From Eledone cirrhosa (lineage: Eukaryota): a stretch of DNA of 64,000 bases. The number at the start of each line of letters is the position of its first letter. Within the stretch, counting starts at the first letter, position 1. Under the pieces are notes generated by a model that was not told the origin of the DNA, made no database searches, and worked only from the letters and a program-made list of their open reading frames with translations. Both the position numbers and the translations under genes were made by a program. Of the stretch, positions 54,622 to 64,000 are shown piece after piece. Where the stretch lies: assembly GCA_964016885.1 (NCBI GenBank), contig OZ024746.1, forward strand, positions 80,538,001 through 80,602,000. The letters run 5' to 3'.

Positions 54622-54689
<68 letters not shown>

Positions 54690-54919
54690 CAACATCATTT
54701 GATATTTTCAAATTAAACATGCGATACCTGCGACTCCTATCAAAATTTGGTCCACTACCCTGAGTACATAAAAACTATATATAAATTTATGTAGGAAGGA
54801 GACCATCAGCATGGTCATAGTTTACTGCATCAGAACAAAAGAAAATTGATATCTTATTGGGATTAACTACTGAAGCAATTTGCTTTTGATGATTTTTTTT
54901 TATTATTGTTGGACCGTAG

Positions 54920-55130
54920 GGTGGGGGATTGGCAGTATCGGTAGAGCGTTGGACAGCATACAGTTAGTCTCATTACGTTCTGAGTTCAAATCCGGCCGAG
55001 GTTAGCTTTGCCTTTCATCCTTACAACGTCCATAAAATATGAAGTACCAGTAATGTACTGGAATCGATTTAATCGACTTCCCCCTCCCTTTCAAATTGCT
55101 GGCCTTGTGCCTAATGTAGATACAAATTAT
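54920..55130 (+). mobile_element. Full-length SINE family A copy
   Basis: Colinear with the 49389-49603 and 33872-34052 copies. Confidence 0.88.
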
Positions 55131-57374
55131 TGTTAGACCTACATCAGTTTCGACGTTGAGTAATCCAGTTGTTTGATCAACAGAACAGTTTGGTTGTGAA
55201 ATAAAACATTAATGTGGTTCAGTGTTTCAGACATGAGCACACTTAACATAGTTTTTAAGATTACAAGGCCAGCCCTTTGAATTACAGATACTTTTTCCCT
55301 GCTAATGATTGTTATTATTAGTATTATATTAGAGGTATTAGTGGATTGGCTGAATCATCATTAAAGCATCGCTCAAAATGTTTTTAGTTAAGTCTCTACT
55401 TTTAGAGATCAAATCTTGCCAAAGTCGCCTTCTCTTTTCACCCTTCCAAAGCATCAGTCAGTTAATATATTCGTCTAACTCCTAAAATGTCAGGCTTATG
55501 TCTGTAAGAAATTATCATTGAGCTCTTTTAACTAATATCAAAAAATAAATAATTGTTTCCTGTAAGTTTAGCAACGTGGAGTTCAATGGACTTACAGTAT
55601 ATATATGTGTGTGTGTATATATATATACACACACACACGCACACGCACACATTTCTGCACTTGAAACAACAGGTGGTGTCAGAAAATATACTCTGCTCTT
55701 AACATTGTTTATCTTTATTTTATTCAAGTCCCAATATTTGTCTGAAACACACATGAGCTGTGAAAATATTATTAGCATATGTAATTTAGTGAATTTTATA
55801 AATGTTTAAATAGTTTATCTAATGTAACGTGTTGAGAGAGAGATAAAGTTTTTAGATATCAACTTTTAACTGTTTGTCTACTCTGTATCATAGTGAATAG
55901 ATAAACTGTTTTATTGTGTAGTATCAGTCAAAAGTAGGTAGATAAAACAGATAGACAAGATAAGAATTATCTCAAGTTGAACTGGTTTGGTGGTGGAAGT
56001 AGTGGAGAGAAGCTAACTTAATTTACCAATCTAAACATGATTCGATAATAATGTTATCATAGGACGTAACATTTCAAACTGATAGTTCAATAGCTGTTAA
56101 GAATATTTCTAGTGTGACTTTTGTAGAGATTAATCAGTGTTGTGTTCAAGCTTGGAGCTGTGAAAAGATAGTCTAATCTGGGGTTAGGGTTATTTTGTTT
56201 TCTTTATTGTTTCTTATCTGTTATCTGAAGATGAGTTGGATGGTTTTTCCATTTTAGACACAAATGGATTGTTAGAGCAAATGCTTCACAGGTGAATAAC
56301 TCATGTTCATCCCACACTATTCACTAGTGAAGTGAGATGTGTAACTGTTTTTCTACTGCATAGTTAATGTCCTGTCTAAGGCAGCATTTCAATGCTTACA
56401 AGCAGTATTTTGAATAACTGAATTGTAAGCCACTATTGCAGTTATAATATAGTTGTTATTCATCTAGTGTGAAGGAGCATGAAAGGCTTAGTGGTTAAAG
56501 TATTCGTTTCTTGATCATTAGGTTGTGGTTCTACTGCCAAACCTGGCAGTCTTCTTAAGCAAGGTGCTTCATTTCACATTCCTCCAGTCCATTTAGAAGA
56601 AAAGGTGAACTACTTATCATCACCACAAGTAGCAGCTGGGTATTACCTTACTTCAAATGAATGCCTCATTTTGTACTCTATTGGCAAACTGGGATTAGTG
56701 CTTGCATGATGAGCCTCTGGACCAGTCGTGGGCAAACTGCAGACAGCATGTACCCCATTTGGCTTTCTTGAAAGGCACTCCTCATTCCAAAATTACCCTG
56801 AATGTTTTTAGTAGTGCAGTCTGTCTTATAATTAGCCATATGTCATGTAGCCCACTGCTTGGAAAAGGTTGTCCATGCCAGCTCTAGACTTAAACATTCT
56901 ATCTTGTCTCACTTATGAAGTTAACCATTGAACAACCAATTTCAATTCTGATGGTTATAGGTTTGTCTTTTTTTTATGGCTATATAGCTTTTTGCATGTA
57001 TTCCATGCAAAAAGCTACAAATATATTTGACACTCCTTGCTGACTACATAATTAAACTAATCAACATCTGCCATTGCTTCAGTTAGTTCTTCCATTATAT
57101 GAGTGTTTTAATAGATTGTGTGAATAAAGATTTTTTTTCTCTATATTTTGAATTGTATCAAACCAATCATTGCTTCATGACATTTTTCTATACACCCCCA
57201 TCCACATAGTTCTTTCTTGAAATAAGCTATCTTTAGATGACAAAAGCTTTGACCTATATAGTCACTGGTCAATAACACTTGAGGAGTGAATATATACACT
57301 CTACTAAACAAGGTGTTTTTATTTATATATATATATTTGTGTGTATATATATGTATATATCTATATATATATAC

Positions 57375-57428
<54 letters not shown>

Positions 57429-58286
57429 TTAATATTTTATGGCTAGCATTTCCACTACCACCACCAGCAACATTTCTTTACATCCTGTATTTGAAGAGTT
57501 CCTGTTATGTGTGAGAGAGAGAGAGAAAGAAACAAGGATGAGTAAGCCTCAACAATCCCTTGATGAGTGTAACAATTAACCAAGGGTTTTTTTTATGCAA
57601 CCATTGAATGTGAGTCAATTTTGGCTGTGGTTATATAGTGGTTAAGTGCTTAAAGCATAAGTTTGTGATGATGATGGTGGTTGTGGTGGTGGTGTGGCGG
57701 TCAGTCGAATGTTTTAAAGTAGAAATTGGTACTTATGATACTTTTATTTGTTTCTTGTTATATTTTTATATTATTTTTTTCTCTGCACTTTCCCCGAATT
57801 ATATGGCAATGAAATATGACTTTTTTTTTTTAGTGGCTTGCTAAATTGACATCTTGTGGTCAAGACATCCCAAACAACTTCTGTTAATGTTAAGCCTACG
57901 GCAGTAAATAGTCCTTAGGAAGAAAACAAACTATAACAAAAAGAAAAAAACAACTTAAGAACTGGCACTTATTCAAAGTAGATCTTGGTCTAGTAGATAG
58001 TTTAAGTTTAGTGGAATGTTTATGAGGGCATATTGTTTTGTTGCCCCTGTCATTAAAACAACACCTATCGGGTCATTACTTTGAATACTCTCTTAATTTC
58101 CGTTCTGTGCTGTTTGTTGCACAGGCAAGATTGACCCTGTCGACTTCTCTTAATGATCTGACATGGGTCACAGCCTGTTTAACTAAAACCAGTAAAAGAA
58201 ATTGCTGCTCAAAGATTTCTGTTGGAATTGTTCATTATACAAGCTAATTTGTATGTTTATTGCAATATTTTTAAGGCCAATTTCCG

Positions 58287-58498
58287 TTAACTCTTTAGCA
58301 TTTACATTACTCTGTATTTACTATTATATTTTCATGGTAATTATCACATAATTATCTCACATAATATCGAAGCTATGAGATTTTGATCTTATTTATTTTG
58401 AGAACAATACCTTAACATCAGTATGAGTGACTGGTTATAGCTGGTTTGAACAGAAAGAGGTGAGAGAATTCTGGCCATTTTAAATGCTAAAGGATTAA
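58287..58498. mobile_element. piggyBac-type MITE
   Basis: TTAA-CTCTTTAGCATTTA ... TAAATGCTAAAGGA-TTAA: terminal inverted repeats with TTAA on both sides. Confidence 0.75.
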
Positions 58499-58910
58499 AG
58501 CAGGGGTTAACCTTGTGGGTCCAATGATAGACATCATACACATATACACATCATAGGCTTTTTGGAGCTGTTTTACAGTCAAATGCTCTTCCTGGTGCCC
58601 CTTGGATATACACCCCCCCCCCCCCCGCCACACACACACACACACAAATGAATAAAATAGACCACAAAAAACATTAAAATCTCCATTTAATATTTTAACA
58701 AATCAATAAGCTTTAGAATGAGTCAAGCCCATGTCCCCCCCCCTCTTCTTCCCTTGCTAGAGAGGGGTGGGTTCAGCCAGGTTTAAAGTACCCAAGAAAT
58801 GCTGTATGTTGCTGCATTACACCCTACAATTCCACCATGAATTCTGAGTACATACACTATCTCATATATTGTAGTAAGTCATTAACTTTTTTCCTTTCTT
58901 TCTTTTACAG

Positions 58911-58955
58911 TATTATGAAATGTCATATGGTTTGAATGTTGAAATGCATAAACAG
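58911..58955 (+). CDS. gro/TLE: Groucho/TLE coding exon 4 (YYEMSYGLNVEMHKQ); gene continues beyond the window
   Basis: Long pyrimidine tract and CAG acceptor, CAG|GTAAAT donor; 45 nt; near-invariant TLE motif YYEMSYGLN(I/V)EMHKQ. Confidence 0.97.
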
Positions 58956-59922
58956 GTAAATATTTTTTTACTCTATTTTTTAATTTCTTTCTTTTACATT
59001 TTTTCTTTTTTCCTGCTAAATAATACTCTTCCGGATTTTTTATTATCATTTTTATCAACATTTAATCTTTTTTTCTCTTCCGCTTTTTTTCTTTTCTTTT
59101 CTTCTAATTACCCCCTCCCCTTTGTATTGAAAAAAAAAACCGGAAAAAAAAAAAGCACAAAACAAATTGAAAACCCTTTGTGACTCATTCACTTATAAGA
59201 AACACAATCTAAGTAATAATGCCCTCTTTTTTTTAAAGTTGCCATCATCAACCTTCTGTCTTTTATACATAATAAGCTAAACCATGTTATTAATTTTAAT
59301 AATAATGTGGTAGCTCCTACTAAATAGAAAGCTTTGTTTATTTTTTTGTTCACACAATGAATTCTCTCAACTTCACCACCCCCCTTCCATTAAACATTGT
59401 AGTAGTAGTAGTAGTTGTAGTAACATCATCTATATTTTTATTGGTATTTTAATTATATGGTGTTAGGGGATTTAAAAGCCCTCCTATTCCCATTTATAAC
59501 AAAAGATTAAAGACAGACTAAGCAAATGATGATTAGCAAGGCAGTTAGTTAGACTGAAGAGAAACTTGGAATTATACTGGGGTGGGGGGGTAGTTGGATT
59601 GGTAAAGATGACTCAGGATCAGACCAGATTAGAGGAGGGGGGTGCGATTGGCATAGGCCTGCAATTTTGTCGGGCTCAACTCCCCTCAAGTGCTAGCCCT
59701 TTCATCCAGCACGGTTATTTGTTCATATATCACATGTACATTGTATATACCCAGAGCCTATACACTGTTTTAGTCGAAGGTAATGTGATCAAGACAGTGA
59801 ATAGAAGAGTCATATAGAGAACAAAAATGAGAGGGAGTAATGGAAGTAGCAATGCTAGGTCACTACATATTGGTTGCTGGTCAGAAGACTGAACAGAAAA
59901 AAGCACAAGTGGTGTGATGGTA

Positions 59923-59960
<38 letters not shown>

Positions 59961-59965
<5 letters not shown>

Positions 59966-60139
59966 TTTTATTAAGGTTAAATAGTGTCTTATTACTCTGG
60001 AATTTTGCCTGATTAGCCTGTAATAAACGGGCAAAACTTCAGAGTAACAAGACTGACTATTTAGCCTTAATAAAATGAATCTTTAAACTCTACACCAGTA
60101 TTGAATACTCTTCTCTCTCAGCTGTCAACTACATATGGA
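59961..60139 (+). mobile_element. (TA)n-inserted fold-back element (arms ~59961-60015 / 60025-60080) with a decayed hammerhead and GTATTGAATAC tail
   Basis: Imperfect inverted repeat; GCCTGT-AATAA-ACGGGC-(A)AAA-CT-TCAG-AG-TA; tail motif at 60098-60108. Confidence 0.65.
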
Positions 60140-61650
60140 TATATATATCACCATCATTTCTGTTTAGTGTCAATTTTTCCATGCTTGCATTTGTTAGACG
60201 TGTCGTCCATGCCGGGGACAAGTCTGGGCACACATATATACATATAAGTGGGGGGATGGGGTTAATTAATTCTGAAGAACATGGCCATTTAATATTATTT
60301 ATATAAAATCTCAGCTATTAGTCAGTGTGTGTGCATGTGTTTGCATGTACATATTTTAGATACTTTAAAGCTATGGTCAATATTTGTTATGTCTAAGATG
60401 TTTTTCAAATATATATTTCTACAGTGTTGACATAGCTAATTGAAATGTTAGAATTGGTTTAGAGAAAATCCAGGTCTTTTGATTATAAATTGCTCAACTC
60501 AGACATAAAGAGAAGGATCTATTTTTCAGCTGGGGATTGATTTTGAAACAAGTAATTATTTTTATGGTAGAACTTCAATTAATGTCTTATTTACTTGCAT
60601 ATAGTGTCTACATCACATAGCTGTCAATATTTTAATGAACATTGTTAATTCTACTCATTAAACTATTCTGTTATTTCGTTATTGACCATCCCTCACTTTG
60701 TTTCTCCTGTTTCCTCCTCCATTTCTATAATCTACTCTCTCTCTCTGTCTTGCTCTTATCCTCTCTCCATTGTTTGATTTATTCTCTCTGCCTCTATCTC
60801 CTTCAGTCCACATCCTTATAATTCCTCTCTATCTCCTGGTCTACATCCTTATAACCCCCCCCCCCCTCACACCCTCTCTCTATGTGTGTATATATATATA
60901 TATATAATATATATATATATATCCCCCCTCCCACTGCTTATCAACCTTCCCTACTCAAATATTTTATGATACAATAGTTTAACATTTAATACAAAATTAA
61001 ATTTTGTGAAATTCCTATGTAGTCATCTGAAATATTTGTAATTTCAGCCTCCACCCCCTCCTTTTTCTTATAACTATGAAATCACTGAAACTAGAGGGGG
61101 GGGGGGCTCACCTCCATGTTATGTACTTAACTTCTCTCAATTGTATTTGTCAGATTTATCAGAAAAATTAACTACTTGATAAGGGAAGACATTTTTTAAT
61201 GATTATATAAAAAATGAATAAAATCAATCATAGCATTTTACAGTTGGACAACACATACACAAAAAGACAAACAAACAAACAAGTGTATGAGGAAAGGGAG
61301 ATGTCAGGGAAAGAAAGAGTATAATGTTTCTTTGTGTAATTTAATTCTTCACTGTCATAGATTAAGTTTTTTGTTTTGTATAGCCAGCATTTAGTACATA
61401 ATGCAGTGTAGTATCTACTTACATCATCATGTCATTTTACCTCTTTCTACGTTGGTGTAGGTTGGGCTCTCATTATGATCCAAATCAGCTTATATTCAGA
61501 GGTTACTACCTTCCTAGATTGGTCAGGGTTTGGCGTGTCACTTGTATGCTTCATTTGGCTTGCTTTCTATGGCTGGTTGTCCTTCCTAACTTGAACCATT
61601 TTACAGAGCATACTGAGTACAGCTTCTCTCTCTAAATATCTATCTATCTA

Positions 61651-61682
<32 letters not shown>

Positions 61683-63161
61683 TAATTTGCAAACTACTGA
61701 TGGTAGTACTTATTCGGTTCCCACTGTTTTTCAAACATATTTACTCTCACTTTTGCTCATTCACTCACACAGATGAATGTAACTTTATTATTTTTCCAAC
61801 AATGTGCACTTCTTGGCTTCTTCACACACAGCCAGCTTATATTTTTTCTTCAATGTTTTAAAGTCTATTACAATACTTTCCTTCAGTTTACTGATTACTA
61901 ACGACTTGTACTCCTGCCACTATTATTACTACTATTAGTAATGATACCGCTTTGTCCATTTAATTAGCATTCCATTTAGACTAGCCACAGTCACTATAAT
62001 CACTCATTTCCTAAACTATTGGAATTAACCCTCCACCTAACCTCCTTGTTTCTTTTTTTTCTTCTTTGCTTTGTCATATTTTATTTAAACTTTCTTCCCA
62101 AGATTTGCAAGAAAGTGGCTTGTAGACTAAGGACTGGAAATTAATTCCAATATCTTTGTTCTTGTTGTAATTTGAGAAATGTTATGTCATCATTCAGTGA
62201 AACCTGTCAGAAACCAGCAACCAGCAGATAGTATCAGTAATGAAAAGACAAATGAAAACACAGCTTCCTTCATCTGATTTGATGATCAGCTTTTTTCATT
62301 TTTTTTTTTCACTGACACCTTTCCAATGAAGGAAAGATTTCTTTAATGAAGACTTCACTCTTGATGTTTAGTTTAGGGAGTCTCGGTAAAATGTAACCCT
62401 CCCCCCCCCCCTCAATATTTACCCCAAAGTTGCATACAAAAACAATAAAACACCGGAAAAAAAAATATATATATATATATTATTAATATTACTTTCAAAG
62501 GGTGTCATGAATGATACAAAATCAAACATATGTCTTGTCTCTAAAAATAGCTCTAGATAGAATTCAGAGAGTAAAATCAAGCCTTAATCATTATAAGAAA
62601 GTGATTGAAATATATTCATACACAGATAAGTGTGCACTAAGACATATCAAAATATTGAACTAGAGACAATCTACACTGAAAGTAAGACTACATAATTCGT
62701 TGAGTATCTTATTAAATCTAATAAAAAATTTAAAACAAAATACCTGATAACGATCAATTATATTTCCCTCGTATGTATTCTCCACAAAATCAGAATACAT
62801 TTCACCAAATAACGGCGAAATTAGATATTTTGAAACGGACCATCAGTGAGGGAATTTCAAAATCATCTAATCTCACTCAATGCAGGGTTGAAATTGGCTA
62901 AATGCACATGGCATCAACACATGAATTTTAGCACTCACAACGGCATGAAGGGTTCTCGTTCTTGATTATTGCTTCTTAATAGAAACTTAGTGGATAGACT
63001 TTTAAAAAATTTGACTGTAAAGTGTTAAATATTTTTCAACTTAAAAATAGAGAAAATAAAGCAAAACTAAGAAAATAAAATACATTTTATTTTGCCTCAC
63101 TTTCTTTTGTATGGAAATGAATTTGTTGCCACAGTCCACATTGTTTGCACTTTCTTTTTGT

Positions 63162-63212
<51 letters not shown>

Positions 63213-63249
63213 TTGTGTGTGTGTATATGTGTGTGTATATATATATATA

Positions 63250-63673
63250 TCGAGATCTTTGGCGCTACGCAGTAATACAGAAGGCCCGTCTTACCTAAGT
63301 ACAAAGCGAAACCTACAGTCAGTAGGCACCTCCTAACCAAAAATACACCCCAACCCCACTACCCTTACCCCCACCCCCATCTACACCTAAAGTTATGTTG
63401 GTGCCACAACATCCAGTCCTAAATAAATGAGGTCGTGTAGGTGTCACGACAAAAAAACAGTCCACGCTGTAATGTGGCCGTGTAGGTAACACAGTAAAAA
63501 CCTCCCAGTCCACACTGTAAACGTGGTTGGTGTTAGGAAGGGCATCCAGCTGTAGAAAACCCGCCAGACAGTCCTACATGAGCAAGACAACCAATCTTGC
63601 GTCACGTGGGACAATTCCCGTCTAAACCCATGCTAGCGTGGAAGATAGACGTTAAACGACGATGATGATGATG
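63250..63673 (+). mobile_element. RTE LINE 3' fragment (ORF end RDLWRYAVIQKARLT*, 3' UTR, (GAT)n tail)
   Basis: Reverse-complement homologue of 39470-39907 over its whole length. Confidence 0.9.
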
Positions 63674-63712
63674 GTATGTGTGTGTGTATAGATATATGCA
63701 TGTGTATATATA

Positions 63713-63761
<49 letters not shown>

Positions 63762-63903
63762 TCACACACATCTTACAACTGCCTTCCATGCTGGCATGGG
63801 TTGGACAGATTGCAACAGTCCAGGACTAGACAGGTCTAATGCTTCATCTTAGTCATATGTTCCATATTTGGCATGGACTCTCTCTTTTTCCCTATCTCTC
63901 TAT

Positions 63904-63995
<92 letters not shown>

Positions 63996-64000
63996 TCACA

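Noticed and set aside
56180-56192. Telomeric GGTTAGGGTT
   Set aside because: Fewer than two full units; expected by chance.
58100-58200. Cryptic exon after TGTTTGTTGCACAG
   Set aside because: The acceptor is plausible, but there is no convincing donor and no similarity to TLE proteins.
58920-59183. 87-aa ORF beginning MSYGLNVEMHKQ as a standalone gene
   Set aside because: It is Groucho exon 4 read through its splice donor into a T-rich intron.

Overview
Eukaryotic, AT-rich, microsatellite-saturated animal DNA. The SINE/LINE repertoire suggests a coleoid cephalopod such as Octopus (inference). The only gene I can support is the 5' part of a Groucho/TLE co-repressor on the + strand. Four short coding exons (16531-16551, 18153-18250, 23747-23810, 58911-58955) splice into the N-terminal Q domain, with a 35-kb third intron; the ORF track misses it. 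Upstream are a 6.7-kb 30-bp satellite that grades into related minisatellites, and two CpG-rich cis-regulatory cassettes. The introns hold tRNA-derived SINEs, RTE LINE 3' fragments, piggyBac-type MITEs and a non-autonomous Helitron. The most notable signal is a set of short elements inserted in (TA)n tracts. They combine a 5' fold-back, type I hammerhead ribozyme motifs and a shared GTATTGA(G/A/C)TAC tail. One of them (54442-54555) carries two complete hammerhead motifs back to back in inverted orientation, probably Penelope-like/retrozyme-related. Nearly all listed ORFs are repeat artefacts.
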